A stretch of DNA of 64,000 nucleotides from a virus (IMGVR_UViG_3300027628_000007); one strand, 5' to 3'. Shown: positions 1 through 10,083, numbered from the stretch's first letter. Program-made: numbers and translations. Notes: generated by a model not told the origin, from the letters alone.

Positions 1-110
1 GAATATCGTCAATCTTGTCACGTTTCATAGTGAAATTGGAATATGTAATACACATTCCGCATTTGATTGTCATAGTAATATCTAACGCACCGCCTAAACT
101 GTTATTCATC

Positions 111-389
111 TTATTTATCCTCCTTATAATGCTCAAATGCATTTAATGTGTGAAGCTCAACTTCTAACTGGCTCAATCTATGTTGTGCTTGGATTAAGCT
201 AGGCATAACCATATCTACAGTGTTGCTATGAATATTATCTGCTCCATTGCGTAAAATTGTGTGTAGAAGCGATTCAATTTGCTTTTGAGCATCGCCAATC
301 TGTAACTTTAAAACCTCTTTACGATTTTCCAATAAGCTTTTAGCCTTCATTCTGCTCACGCTCCCTAACTTTTGTAATTGTAAAATCAC
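111..389 (-). CDS. Hypothetical coiled-coil protein
   Basis: ORF co-oriented with the minus-strand cluster; start uncertain. Confidence 0.6.
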   Translation of the reverse strand: MILQLQKLGSVSRMKAKSLLENRKEVLKLQIGDAQKQIESLLHTILRNGADNIHSNTVDMVMPSLIQAQHRLSQLEVELHTLNAFEHYKEDK

Positions 390-506
390 CGTATATATTG
401 CTATCTAAATGGAATACTCTACCATCCTTCATGATGATGTTTACACCATCAATACTATTGCCCTTGACTGCTTCAATCTTGTCTCCTTCAATATTTAAAA
501 TGGTTT

Positions 507-722
507 TCATTCCGCTTCCTCCTTGTGCTCACATCTTTTAAGATTAAACAATACAGCATTACCTTTAACCTCTACAACGTCATCATTAAATGGCTTTACA
601 AAGCATTTTGCAAGCTTGATTTCAAACTCTTTACCAGTATTGTCATAACTTGCAAAGAAGCTTTCTCTATCATAAAACAATTCAATACCATCTTGATTCG
701 TGTACAAAGTAACGATTTCCAT
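507..722 (-). CDS. Hypothetical protein
   Basis: ORF with GGAGG RBS. Confidence 0.75.
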   Translation of the reverse strand: MEIVTLYTNQDGIELFYDRESFFASYDNTGKEFEIKLAKCFVKPFNDDVVEVKGNAVLFNLKRCEHKEEAE

Positions 723-733
723 GTCAATTCCTC

Positions 734-937
734 CTAATCTATTTTGTATCCATTCTCTTTGACTGCTGTTAGCAATGCAATTATATCGTCAATTTCATCT
801 TTGTGTAGGAATATATTACCATTTTGAGATAGGTCGCATAATAAGAACTCATCATCACCTATGTCAACTATTCTTACGCTATCTTTATCTCCCCCAATTG
901 AAAGTGCTCCACCGATATTTACAATTTTATCCTTCAT
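734..937 (-). CDS. Hypothetical protein
   Basis: ORF with RBS, tightly packed. Confidence 0.75.
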   Translation of the reverse strand: MKDKIVNIGGALSIGGDKDSVRIVDIGDDEFLLCDLSQNGNIFLHKDEIDDIIALLTAVKENGYKID

Positions 938-1100
938 ATCAAATTCCTCCCTTGTGTTTTAAAATCAGACTTTTATCTACTCTTCATCATCATAATCCCC
1001 ACAACTACACATCTCACTAGGTCTTCCGCATTTTGTACAACTATAGTCATCTAATTCATCCCACATAATTTAAACCTCCTTTCTTGTTAAAATGAGAATT

Positions 1101-1412
1101 TTATTTTGGCACAACTGCTTTTAATCTATTTCCATCCCAATACGCAACTACTTTATCTCCTAATTCTAACTTTTTACCTACCTGCTGTCTTATAAACTCC
1201 AACCCTTTTATCATACCATAGCTGTCATACTCGTTACTTGCACCTGTATACACATCGCCCTCAACTTTAACTACCTCATATTCAACTTTTCGTTCTGGCT
1301 GTATCTCTTCTTGAACATCTGCATTCTGTCGATTCTCATGTGCGTGATATCCAATTGCAAACCCTCCAAGGAGGGTTGTTGCAAGTGACATTGTTATAAT
1401 AAACTTCTTCAT
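1101..1412 (-). CDS. Membrane-anchored/secreted protein
   Basis: N-terminal hydrophobic helix; resembles 18428..19504. Confidence 0.75.
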   Translation of the reverse strand: MKKFIITMSLATTLLGGFAIGYHAHENRQNADVQEEIQPERKVEYEVVKVEGDVYTGASNEYDSYGMIKGLEFIRQQVGKKLELGDKVVAYWDGNRLKAVVPK

Positions 1413-1425
1413 GTTTTACCCCTCC

Positions 1426-1749
1426 TTAGTTATATGTGTCAATCGTTAATGTCAATGTTCTCTTTTCAAAGTCAATTTTATAATGACTGTAGCAAATTTG
1501 CTCTGTTAAATGATTGTCAATAACGAAGTCTGCTCCTAATTCTCCATCTGAATATTCTCTTACAGACTGGATATAGTCTTGTCGGATATACCTTTCATCT
1601 TGTGTTGTATCTAAATCTCCTAATGAGATGTTTCCGCAAACCGCAACCAAATCCTCATAACTAGTTTCTAATTGTTTACCGTTGATGATTACAACCCCTT
1701 CGCTGATTCCTTCAATTTCATTACCACCGATTAAATGTGCTACTATCAT
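1426..1749 (-). CDS. Hypothetical acidic protein
   Basis: ORF with RBS. Confidence 0.75.
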   Translation of the reverse strand: MIVAHLIGGNEIEGISEGVVIINGKQLETSYEDLVAVCGNISLGDLDTTQDERYIRQDYIQSVREYSDGELGADFVIDNHLTEQICYSHYKIDFEKRTLTLTIDTYN

Positions 1750-1797
1750 TTTTCATTTCCCCTTTTCGTTTATAATTTGTTTTTCTTAACTGTCTTT

Positions 1798-1830
1798 ATC
1801 TTACCATGTTATTAATCTGCTGTCAACAGA
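1798..1830 (-). promoter_or_regulatory. SigA-type promoter, class A (TCTG-TTGACA-GCAGA)
   Basis: TTGACA-17-TAAGAT. Confidence 0.8.
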
Positions 1831-1846
1831 CTTTAGGATAAAATTT

Positions 1847-2179
1847 TTATTTTCCTAGCAATCCTTTATTATGCAGGTCTTTCTTGTGTTCTCGGTGCTT
1901 TTTCATGTACTCCTTATGCTTATCTTTGCTGTAGTAAGCACCTTGCTTTTGCTTCTCTGCTAAACGTTGTTTAGCTAACTCTTTTCTTTCTGGAAACAAT
2001 GTGAACTGTATTAATCGCTTGCTTACTTTGTATTTTCTAGCTAAAGCATTGATACTGATTGAACCAGTTTCATACTCCTGTACAATCTGTTCTTTGTCTG
2101 CAACTGTTAGCTTAACTCGTTTGTCAAGCTTTTCATTGTTTATAGCTACTTTATCTAATTTTGATGGCACTTGAATCAC
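1847..2179 (-). CDS. HTH DNA-binding protein
   Basis: SINALARKYKVSKRLIQF HTH-like segment, basic C-terminus. Confidence 0.65.
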   Translation of the reverse strand: MIQVPSKLDKVAINNEKLDKRVKLTVADKEQIVQEYETGSISINALARKYKVSKRLIQFTLFPERKELAKQRLAEKQKQGAYYSKDKHKEYMKKHREHKKDLHNKGLLGK

Positions 2180-2199
2180 CTCTTAATGTTATTATATTC

Positions 2200-2232
2200 A
2201 ATATACACCACCTCCATTCGTCTGTCAACAGA
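2200..2232 (-). promoter_or_regulatory. Class A promoter
   Basis: TCTG-TTGACA-17-TATATT. Confidence 0.75.
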
Positions 2233-2241
2233 TTTTTAAAT

Positions 2242-2436
2242 TTATTTCCATACCTTTCTAGGTGTAATGTAAGCCTTCTTAAATCCGTTCCAATTACGTT
2301 TATTCCTCACAAATAGTCCTTGCTTTGGAGAGAACCCTTCTACCTTTAGATATTCCTTTGCATCATCATAGCTTTCAAATATGTATTCGCAAACCCACTG
2401 GTTGTGGGTTTCGTTTTCAAATGTGATTGTAAACAT
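2242..2436 (-). CDS. Hypothetical protein
   Basis: ORF with RBS. Confidence 0.7.
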   Translation of the reverse strand: MFTITFENETHNQWVCEYIFESYDDAKEYLKVEGFSPKQGLFVRNKRNWNGFKKAYITPRKVWK

Positions 2437-2533
2437 GTTGTCACCCTCTTTTTATCATTTCAATTAATCTACCAATTCCAACCGCTCCACAAATCATGCT
2501 ACCTACAGCAAACCATTCCATGCTACCATCTCC

Positions 2534-2728
2534 TTATTCTTTTTTGCTCCATATATTTAATAATATATAACTATCCTCATTTAACGGTACTTTTTCTGAA
2601 TTAACTAAATTACCATCCTTCATTAATTCATCTCTCTTCTCCCACGCTCTTGTTTGACTTGTGTACGCACCTGCAATTGTAACACGATTATCATCACCTT
2701 GGATAAACACTAAGTATACATATTTCAT
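2534..2728 (-). CDS. Hypothetical protein
   Basis: ORF with GGAGG RBS. Confidence 0.7.
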   Translation of the reverse strand: MKYVYLVFIQGDDNRVTIAGAYTSQTRAWEKRDELMKDGNLVNSEKVPLNEDSYILLNIWSKKE

Positions 2729-2956
2729 AAGTAATCCTCCTTAATCAAACTAAAATTTTATCCATTTATACGTTCAAGTATATCAACAATCCACTCACAT
2801 TCTTCACAAACAACTGTTAGCAGTTTATTTGTTTCTTTGTCTCTAACTTCACTCACTCTTGTTCCGCAAATATCACAACATTCATTAGTTTCTATAAATT
2901 TAATATCTGATTCTGTGTATGTTTTCATATTATCACCCTTTCATAAAACAATCCTT

Positions 2957-3139
2957 TTATTCATTATCTTTAAAGAATAAACCAACTTCTCTTACTGATA
3001 TTACATCACCATATTTACCATCAGCATAAATAACTGCATCTACAATATTCTTTGCTCCATATGTTGCAAATTCAACATATGTTCCTTGGTCATCGCCTTG
3101 CCAATACTCGACACGAAATTCTTTAAACATGATAACCAC
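2957..3139 (-). CDS. Hypothetical protein
   Basis: ORF with RBS. Confidence 0.65.
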   Translation of the reverse strand: MVIMFKEFRVEYWQGDDQGTYVEFATYGAKNIVDAVIYADGKYGDVISVREVGLFFKDNE

Positions 3140-3277
3140 CCCTTTATTTGGTCAAATACTTAATCTTCTTCATTGCTTCCTCATAGCTGATTAAACCCTT
3201 TTCAGCTTTATCACATATAGCTTTGATTTGTCTAAGTGTTTCGCCCATGCTATCACTCCTTTATAAAAAGATTTCTT

Positions 3278-3472
3278 TTATCTGTTACTACACACATATC
3301 TAAACGCTCCACCTAGCTCTCCATAGCTTACGAAGTAAGTGGCAACATCTTGACCATACTGTCTTTGCATAATTGTATATACATAACAGCTACCGTCTGC
3401 ATGTTTTATTTTACCAACTACTGTGTACTCATAGTCCTTTCTTGAATACACCTCTCCTATGTTCATCTCCAT
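3278..3472 (-). CDS. Hypothetical protein
   Basis: ORF with RBS. Confidence 0.7.
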   Translation of the reverse strand: MEMNIGEVYSRKDYEYTVVGKIKHADGSCYVYTIMQRQYGQDVATYFVSYGELGGAFRYVCSNR

Positions 3473-3580
3473 ATTATCACCTCATAAAAGATTTATTTTA
3501 TCCCATTAATAACCAAATTGATATTATTAGTACCGCACCACATATAAAACCATTGACAAATGAATCCGCTTCACGTTCAA

Positions 3581-3814
3581 TCATATGTCATACCCCATTA
3601 CAAGTTTTACGTTTCCAAAATCACGATGCATTTCGCATGATATCTCCCACAGTAAATTAGCACTTAGTTCCAACCCCTTTTTAAAAGCTAACACTGAATT
3701 GTGTGTATCTCTTTCATCATATATAAACTTCCCTATTTTTTCCATATTGCAATATAATTCATATATTTCAAAGTCATTATGTGATACCTCTACTTCATGG
3801 AAGTCTACTCTCAT
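3581..3814 (-). CDS. Hypothetical protein
   Basis: Start refined to the ATG overlapping the upstream TGA (ATGA coupling). Confidence 0.7.
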   Translation of the reverse strand: MRVDFHEVEVSHNDFEIYELYCNMEKIGKFIYDERDTHNSVLAFKKGLELSANLLWEISCEMHRDFGNVKLVMGYDI

Positions 3815-4107
3815 AATCCCTTCACCTTCTCTTCCCATTTATCAACTTTTTCACGTGTCAATCTGTGAATATCAGAATTGTTGCCACCAAGTTTAAATAT
3901 CAATGAGTATGCCACAATCATCACATCTACACACTCTTCAATTACGTCCTCTGCACCTAGCTTTTTATATTCAGAGCCACTTGCCTTTAGATGTGATAAA
4001 AGAGCCTGTGACACCTCTCCTACCTCTTCTGACATCTTTAAAGCAATTTGTTCTAGTGATTTTTCATTCTCCATGCTTAACTTGATAATCTTATCCATTG
4101 TTCCCAT
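3811..4107 (-). CDS. mazG: MazG-like nucleotide pyrophosphohydrolase
   Basis: EEVGEV ... EECVDV acidic MazG motifs. Confidence 0.85.
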   Translation of the reverse strand: MGTMDKIIKLSMENEKSLEQIALKMSEEVGEVSQALLSHLKASGSEYKKLGAEDVIEECVDVMIVAYSLIFKLGGNNSDIHRLTREKVDKWEEKVKGL

Positions 4108-4127
4108 GATATCACCTCATAAAATAT

Positions 4128-4328
4128 TTAATTTATAATTTCAAAATGCTGTTGAAACCATTTATCTTTGTCATTTAAAGTTCCTAAACTATGCTCTTCT
4201 CCTTGATTGTTAATCGCTTCCAAATATGTTGCATCGAAATCTGTCTCATATGTCTCTCCCTTTGTAAATGCAACTTCCAATGACTCATCCATAACAACAT
4301 CCTTAATACATTTAATTCGCTGTTTCAT
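4128..4328 (-). CDS. Hypothetical protein
   Basis: ORF with GGAGG RBS. Confidence 0.7.
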   Translation of the reverse strand: MKQRIKCIKDVVMDESLEVAFTKGETYETDFDATYLEAINNQGEEHSLGTLNDKDKWFQQHFEIIN

Positions 4329-4363
4329 TTCGATTTCCTCCCTATATAAAATTTGTTTTATAA

Positions 4364-4912
4364 TTATTCGAAATAACTTTCCATAGGTTTATTGCCACCG
4401 ATTAGCTCAAATCTATCTAGAATAAACTTATCTAATTCATCGCTTGTTATACCGTTGTGCTCTTTCTTCATCCCATACATGATTTCATCAAATGCTCCAC
4501 CATGTTCTGGATATTTCTTTCTAAGAATAAATCCAACCGTTTGCCAATGCTCTGCAAAGTTGCATTCGTAAAATGTCTTATCTGAATTATCAGCCACACC
4601 CAAACCACTACAGCCTTGTTTTTGATATCTAAATACTAAATCATTAAATCTATCTGTAAGCATCATGTAGTGTGCAATCCGTTCGCAATCCTTATTGTCT
4701 TCGAATGTGATATACTCAATGCTGTCTTTAGTCACATACTCATTCAAAAGACCTTCTAACTCTTCATCCTCTAATGTTCTAAGATATTCGAACACTGCAA
4801 ACCTAACACTTTGAGAATGCTCTTCATTTCCGTTATACTCTTTCTCTAAATGAATTTGCAACATCAATCTTGTTAAAGCCAAAGGCTCATATGTGAATCC
4901 AATCTTTTCCAT
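4364..4912 (-). CDS. Hypothetical protein
   Basis: 182-aa ORF in operon. Confidence 0.8.
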   Translation of the reverse strand: MEKIGFTYEPLALTRLMLQIHLEKEYNGNEEHSQSVRFAVFEYLRTLEDEELEGLLNEYVTKDSIEYITFEDNKDCERIAHYMMLTDRFNDLVFRYQKQGCSGLGVADNSDKTFYECNFAEHWQTVGFILRKKYPEHGGAFDEIMYGMKKEHNGITSDELDKFILDRFELIGGNKPMESYFE

Positions 4913-4913
4913 A

Positions 4914-5180
4914 TTAATCTCTCCCTTTATAATTTCTGTAATATGGTTCTAGGTCTTTCATGATACTTACTAATGCTCCATACTGGTCATTCTCTAAAGA
5001 GTTTTGATATAGAAACATATTAGATAGAAGATGTCTGAATGCTCCTAGCTGTTGAATAACTTCATTTACCTCTTCTTCTGATAGTGTGATACCATTATCT
5101 TCACTACGCATCTGTTTAAGATAAAGGTGTCTGTGAAGCAAATCAAGCTTTCCTAAGTTTCCTGCTTTTTCAAATTCCAT
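4914..5180 (-). CDS. Hypothetical protein
   Basis: ORF with RBS. Confidence 0.75.
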   Translation of the reverse strand: MEFEKAGNLGKLDLLHRHLYLKQMRSEDNGITLSEEEVNEVIQQLGAFRHLLSNMFLYQNSLENDQYGALVSIMKDLEPYYRNYKGRD

Positions 5181-5192
5181 TACAATTCCTCC

Positions 5193-5432
5193 TTAAAATT
5201 CAATCTTCACTTCTGCACCATCTCTTGATAAGAAGTCGATAGATTCTCTTAATACATGCTCTGCATCGTCATATACTCTATTCCCTAATACTAAACTAAT
5301 GTAACCATCCATACCATCTCCACCAACCCAACCATCAGCAGGTGCGATTTCGTAATCATAACCCTCACATACAAGCGTCACTTCCATACCTTCTTTTAGC
5401 ATTTCAACTGCTTCTTCAAATGTGTTAGTCAT
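5193..5432 (-). CDS. Hypothetical protein
   Basis: Start refined by RBS. Confidence 0.75.
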   Translation of the reverse strand: MTNTFEEAVEMLKEGMEVTLVCEGYDYEIAPADGWVGGDGMDGYISLVLGNRVYDDAEHVLRESIDFLSRDGAEVKIEF

Positions 5433-5458
5433 CTCAATCTCTCCCTTATGTTTTATTT

Positions 5459-5851
5459 TCAATCAATATAATTATATCTAACTTTACCTGTGAATGAATC
5501 ATGCACACTACCCATGCGAATATCAACAAATGTGCTGTTAGTAAAGTACATTCTAATCTTTACTGGATTACCTTCTATGTGTTCAAGTTCTACGACTTTA
5601 TATACTGTCAAGCCCTCTGTTAACTTTAAAGCCATGATTGGACAAACAAAGTCATCCTTTAATCTGTCGATTTCATCTTCTTTAAACTTGCATACATAAC
5701 CATTTATGAACTCACACACATACGGTCTTTCTACTTCTTCACCTATATAGTCTGTGATAGTGAACAATGAACCTGCTTGTAAGCCACCATGCTCATCACC
5801 ACACCAGATTCGAAACAATGTTTTAAGCACTTGCCCTTTTTCGTATTTCAT
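5459..5851 (-). CDS. Hypothetical protein
   Basis: Start refined by AGGAGG RBS, directly behind a class A promoter. Confidence 0.75.
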   Translation of the reverse strand: MKYEKGQVLKTLFRIWCGDEHGGLQAGSLFTITDYIGEEVERPYVCEFINGYVCKFKEDEIDRLKDDFVCPIMALKLTEGLTVYKVVELEHIEGNPVKIRMYFTNSTFVDIRMGSVHDSFTGKVRYNYID

Positions 5852-5882
5852 ATTCATCCTCCTTTGTGTTTGGCTTACTTAT

Positions 5883-5918
5883 AATATACTATATTCAAGT
5901 TCTGCTGTCAACAGAACT
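5883..5918 (-). promoter_or_regulatory. Class A promoter with 7-bp inverted arms around -35
   Basis: AGTTCTG-TTGACAG-CAGAACT; TTGACA-17-TATATT. Confidence 0.8.
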
Positions 5919-6089
5919 TGAAATTTATTTTTATTTTACCAATCGTCATCGTCACTGTAATAATCGCTACTGCTAGAGCTTGAATTGTTATTCTTATTAT
6001 TACTACGACCAGAGCTACCACCCCTAGCGGAAGATGCTAATACTACTGAAAGCAGAAACGCTACAGTACATATAATCGCTATCCACATA

Positions 6090-6422
6090 TTATTTCTCTC
6101 CTTTTGATTCTGATTTTAATTCTGTGAATACAAAGTATCCATTGACATAATTAAACTCCGTACCTTCTTGTGCATCCTGCTCTACTTGTTTAATCTTTAG
6201 ATGCGGATTCTTTTCTTTAAAGTTCTTGTACTGTAGTGGGAAATCCTTTTTACCGCTATCATGAGGTAAGTAGTAAACTTCATTCTCCACTAATTCAGTA
6301 TAACTAGGATTTGGCAAATCCTTCTCTGTTGATTCGTTATAGTTCTTGTATCCACTGCTACAACCCATTAAAGATATTGACAGACCCATCATTGCAATAA
6401 TACCGATAATTTTCTTTTTCAT
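6090..6422 (-). CDS. Lipoprotein
   Basis: Signal peptide ending in LMGC lipobox. Confidence 0.8.
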   Translation of the reverse strand: MKKKIIGIIAMMGLSISLMGCSSGYKNYNESTEKDLPNPSYTELVENEVYYLPHDSGKKDFPLQYKNFKEKNPHLKIKQVEQDAQEGTEFNYVNGYFVFTELKSESKGEK

Positions 6423-6423
6423 A

Positions 6424-6897
6424 TTATTTCCCTCCATTTAATTCAATAATAAATCCTTCTCCACCTTTACGACCCTTTGCCACTTCATCACCATCTTTAT
6501 ATGTGTGCACATGACGACTTATTCTTGCACGTGATTTAATTGTACCACTTAACTCATACGCTTCCGCATTCGTCTTGATGATTAGGTTGCCTTCTAATGT
6601 CACAATAGCAATACCAAGTCTCCCATTATGTATTTCAATCTCATCTCCTGTGTATAACTCTATTCCATTTAAATAATGACCAGTTGGTTTACCTATTGAA
6701 AATCTAGTTACATTGCGAAGATGTGCACGACCTGTCTGTGAGAACATCTTTTTCGTTTCGTTGGCAAAATTAGCGTACTCATCTCTAATCTCCTTAATTT
6801 CTTCCTTATGATTATCGTTAATCTCTTCAATTTTCTTATGCACCGCCTTTAATGATACTGACATGTCTTTATCAGCAAATATGACCATTATCCTCAA
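6424..6897 (-). CDS. Hypothetical protein (weak YopX-like segment)
   Basis: Coiled coil followed by TGHYLNGIELYTGDEI. Confidence 0.65.
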   Translation of the reverse strand: MRIMVIFADKDMSVSLKAVHKKIEEINDNHKEEIKEIRDEYANFANETKKMFSQTGRAHLRNVTRFSIGKPTGHYLNGIELYTGDEIEIHNGRLGIAIVTLEGNLIIKTNAEAYELSGTIKSRARISRHVHTYKDGDEVAKGRKGGEGFIIELNGGK

Positions 6898-6966
6898 ATC
6901 CCTTCATAAAATGTGGTTTTTATCAATATTTTCTATGTATCTAAAACCCTCTCAATAGAGAGGATT

Positions 6967-7329
6967 TTAGTATGTTGGGTCTTGGTACGCTCTGGCACTC
7001 CCAAACCCTACTCCCATATGGTCATTGCCTGCAATCTTCCATTTACCGTTTTTACGCTTTGTCACCCTCTGTTCTTGTGATTTTGGCTCTGGTGTGACAA
7101 TCCACTTCTGACTTCCAAAATAATCATGACCGCCTTCTTTATCTGCTGTGAAATGTGCTCTCTTAATCCATACACTCTTCCCAGATTCACTTATGCGTGA
7201 TACATGAGCAGGATATAAATCACTGCCCACATTGAACGTACATGGCATTCCTGCCACAATCTCACGCTCTTCTGAAATCCAACCTTGACCTTCTACATGC
7301 TCTTCATGAATATACATTGCCTTTGCCAT
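6967..7329 (-). CDS. Hypothetical phage protein
   Basis: ORF with RBS. Confidence 0.8.
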   Translation of the reverse strand: MAKAMYIHEEHVEGQGWISEEREIVAGMPCTFNVGSDLYPAHVSRISESGKSVWIKRAHFTADKEGGHDYFGSQKWIVTPEPKSQEQRVTKRKNGKWKIAGNDHMGVGFGSARAYQDPTY

Positions 7330-7330
7330 A

Positions 7331-7591
7331 TTACATTACCTCCCCAATGATAGCTTTGATTAAATCTGCATCATATGAAACTGACTCATTAGTGACAGTG
7401 TTGTAAATCACATATTTATCAGTTATTGCCTTGTAAATTAAGTATGCTTGCGGATATCTTTCACTAAATTCTGTTTGTTTCTCGAACACTTTAGAATCAG
7501 CTTTATGCCATTGTTTAGCTCTGTTGACACCGTTCTTTGCATATCTACCATACTTATCTTCAATTGCTTTCATTGTGATTGGTTGTAACAT
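7331..7591 (-). CDS. Hypothetical protein
   Basis: ORF with RBS. Confidence 0.75.
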   Translation of the reverse strand: MLQPITMKAIEDKYGRYAKNGVNRAKQWHKADSKVFEKQTEFSERYPQAYLIYKAITDKYVIYNTVTNESVSYDADLIKAIIGEVM

Positions 7592-7617
7592 CTTAATCGC
7601 TCCCTTTTATGTTTATA

Positions 7618-7860
7618 TTAGTTTTTATTCCAACGTCCTGCAAATGTCTCACCATCATGTGCACCGTTTGCATCGTAGTAGTTAACTCGAACCCATCCGT
7701 TATTCTGGAATGTTTTTACTTCCATTCCTACGCCTTGCTCTAATGCGATTACCACATCTTCACCATCTTCATTAATAGTGCTATAAAGGTTGCTTTCTCT
7801 ATTCTGAACTAAACCCTTACGAACTTCAATATCTGTCATATCAATCGCTAATTTTTTCAT
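7618..7860 (-). CDS. Hypothetical protein
   Basis: ORF with RBS behind a class A promoter. Confidence 0.75.
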   Translation of the reverse strand: MKKLAIDMTDIEVRKGLVQNRESNLYSTINEDGEDVVIALEQGVGMEVKTFQNNGWVRVNYYDANGAHDGETFAGRWNKN

Positions 7861-7890
7861 CTCAATCTCTCCTTTTGTTTTGTTAAGTTA

Positions 7891-7923
7891 ATCTTATCAG
7901 TTATTTACTCTGCTGTCAACAGA
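7891..7923 (-). promoter_or_regulatory. Class A promoter overlapping the end of the upstream CDS
   Basis: TCTG-TTGACA-GCAGA, 17-TAAGAT. Confidence 0.75.
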
Positions 7924-8244
7924 TTGTTGAGCAAATCTTTCATTTGTTTCTTCAATCCTATTTTCCATAAACTCAATTGCTACTCTTTGACTAGGTTGAT
8001 GCCATGAATATGAACGATAGTTATCTTTTTCATGTGTAGTAATGTAAAGACCTGCGGGATTTCCTTTTCTACCTCCACGAACGCTAGTGTACATTGTGCT
8101 CTCATTGATTTCTGCTTCAAAGTAAATGTTCTCATTTGCTCTTACAATAACTCTTGGCTTCCAAGATACAAGATTCTTATCCTCAACTGTGTAACCCATT
8201 TCTTCTGCCCATTTACGGATTTTAGTGAACGTTTTCTTTGTCAT
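7897..8244 (-). CDS. Hypothetical protein
   Basis: ORF with RBS. Confidence 0.75.
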   Translation of the reverse strand: MTKKTFTKIRKWAEEMGYTVEDKNLVSWKPRVIVRANENIYFEAEINESTMYTSVRGGRKGNPAGLYITTHEKDNYRSYSWHQPSQRVAIEFMENRIEETNERFAQQSVDSRVNN

Positions 8245-8261
8245 TTGTGTTTCCTCCCTTA

Positions 8262-8555
8262 TTATACTTGATATACTTCAATTTCTCCATCAACTACGTT
8301 ATAGTTAGCTTTTAATGTCTTTCTGACTGCTTCTGCACGCTTCATTGCTTCTTTCTCTGTGCCATACGTATTTAAATCAAAATACGTATCGTCATCCGTC
8401 ATAAAGTTTGATACAACTTCTACAATGAAACCTTCTTCATCATTATCATCATAATTGTAAATTCGAACCGTTAAATCATTTAAGCTTCTTAGCTTATTTA
8501 GCTTTTGTTTAAGCTCTCTGATACTCATGTGAACTTGATTTTCTAGTTTAGTCAT
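8262..8555 (-). CDS. Hypothetical protein
   Basis: ORF with RBS behind a class A promoter. Confidence 0.75.
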   Translation of the reverse strand: MTKLENQVHMSIRELKQKLNKLRSLNDLTVRIYNYDDNDEEGFIVEVVSNFMTDDDTYFDLNTYGTEKEAMKRAEAVRKTLKANYNVVDGEIEVYQV

Positions 8556-8587
8556 TTATGTAACCCCCTGCTCTTTATCTTGATATC

Positions 8588-8630
8588 ATCTTACCATATC
8601 CTCAACTCTGCTGTCAACAGAATTGAGGAT
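8588..8630 (-). promoter_or_regulatory. Class A promoter with 13-bp inverted arms
   Basis: ATCCTCAATTCTG-TTGACAG-CAGAGTTGAGGAT; 18-TAAGAT. Confidence 0.8.
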
Positions 8631-8638
8631 ATTTTTTA

Positions 8639-8806
8639 TTATTTATTTTCTGGCTTCTCTTTATGCGAGAATGTGAATACACCTATATGATAATCCTTGT
8701 TCTTTAGCTCTGTTTCATGTACAATCTCCACACTTCTTTTACTTGTGTACGGTCTTCCAATCATTACATCGCCCTTCATTAAAATGTAAATTTCATTTGT
8801 ATTCAT
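8639..8806 (-). CDS. Hypothetical protein
   Basis: Start refined by GGAGGA RBS. Confidence 0.65.
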   Translation of the reverse strand: MNTNEIYILMKGDVMIGRPYTSKRSVEIVHETELKNKDYHIGVFTFSHKEKPENK

Positions 8807-8807
8807 A

Positions 8808-9236
8808 TTATTTTCCTCCTTCATTAGTTGGTTTTTCGTAGTAATTATACATCGACTTATTACCACAATCCCATGAGTCATAGTAATACCCATCTTGGCA
8901 CGTTACGATGTGATTTGCTACGTTTAATACATATGTACCCTTCTTGAACTTTTCAGCGAACTGTGCCACTCTAAGGCGTTTGTCACCCTTTTTAATTACC
9001 ATCTTACGAAGGATGAATCCGTTTCTTACAAGATACTCTTTCCACACCTCATCAGAGTTTGGCATACATTTTAATTCAAACCCTAATTCGAACAATTCTC
9101 TGTATACTGTATCCCAGTCTTTACCTGTTGCTTTACACATTGCACGAACTACACAATCACCTGTTTCTAGTTTCTTTGGATTTGGATTAAAATATCTGTT
9201 TCTAGTTTTCTTTTTAACTGATATTACTCTTGTCAT
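8808..9236 (-). CDS. Conserved phage hypothetical protein (DCVVRA family; Cys/His, papain-like possible)
   Basis: NPNP...GDCVVRAMCKATG...NHIVT; start refined by RBS. Confidence 0.75.
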   Translation of the reverse strand: MTRVISVKKKTRNRYFNPNPKKLETGDCVVRAMCKATGKDWDTVYRELFELGFELKCMPNSDEVWKEYLVRNGFILRKMVIKKGDKRLRVAQFAEKFKKGTYVLNVANHIVTCQDGYYYDSWDCGNKSMYNYYEKPTNEGGK

Positions 9237-9249
9237 GTCAATCTCTCCC

Positions 9250-9693
9250 TTAGTATAGTTTTCTCTTAATCTCATCTTGCTTTGCGAACGCTCTAGTATC
9301 CATTTCACTCATTCTTATCCAATATTTATGGTCATCGCTCATATTCCAATACTCATCAATATCACTAGCGAACTTAATCTCACGATACTCTTGTAATAGT
9401 GCTAATGCTTCTGCATTGCTCTTTACACGATTTGGATTAGGGTCTAGGTTATCTCCATCTATAATCTCTACAGTGAGCTTATCATTATTCTCTTCAACTA
9501 GAACTCTTGCGAACCATCCATAATCATAATCGCAAACTGTTTTGATTGCACCTCTTTCTAGCCATTCAGTTCCACTTGGATGATGAGGTAGTAATGTTAA
9601 GAACTTTAAGATATTGTCACGCAATTCAACTGTAAACGGCTTACCATTGGCTTTAACAACATAATCTAATGCTTCTCGAACTGTCATTTGCAT
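9250..9693 (-). CDS. Hypothetical protein
   Basis: ORF with RBS. Confidence 0.75.
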   Translation of the reverse strand: MQMTVREALDYVVKANGKPFTVELRDNILKFLTLLPHHPSGTEWLERGAIKTVCDYDYGWFARVLVEENNDKLTVEIIDGDNLDPNPNRVKSNAEALALLQEYREIKFASDIDEYWNMSDDHKYWIRMSEMDTRAFAKQDEIKRKLY

Positions 9694-9861
9694 TTTAATT
9701 CCCCCTTATTGGATATGTATTGCCTTGATAAGCTCATGACCTTCTGCTAAAAACAATGATAGCTTACTTTTAGTCTCAAACTCTAGCGTTACTAACTCAC
9801 CTGTATTAAGCTTAATTCTTGCTTTAATCATTTTCATTTCCCCTCTCTTTAACTTACCTTC

Positions 9862-9894
9862 ATTTTATCATATGTTGTTTCTGCTGTCAACAGA
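9862..9894 (-). promoter_or_regulatory. Class A promoter
   Basis: TCTG-TTGACA-GCAGA, 17-TAAAAT. Confidence 0.75.
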
Positions 9895-10083
9895 CTATTT
9901 TGTATTTGTTTTTTTATTTTGTGCGAATCCGTAAACTAAATTCATTGCGTAGTTTATGTATGTATCAATGTTCTTGCCTTTACCTGTTTCGATTGCAGTT
10001 TCTACAATTTCAATCGCCATTAGTTTAGGTACGCCATGCTTCATTACTTCTTTAACATGTTTTCTCATTAACAATTCATTCAT
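9895..10083 (-). CDS. Hypothetical protein
   Basis: ORF with RBS. Confidence 0.7.
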   Translation of the reverse strand: MNELLMRKHVKEVMKHGVPKLMAIEIVETAIETGKGKNIDTYINYAMNLVYGFAQNKKTNTK

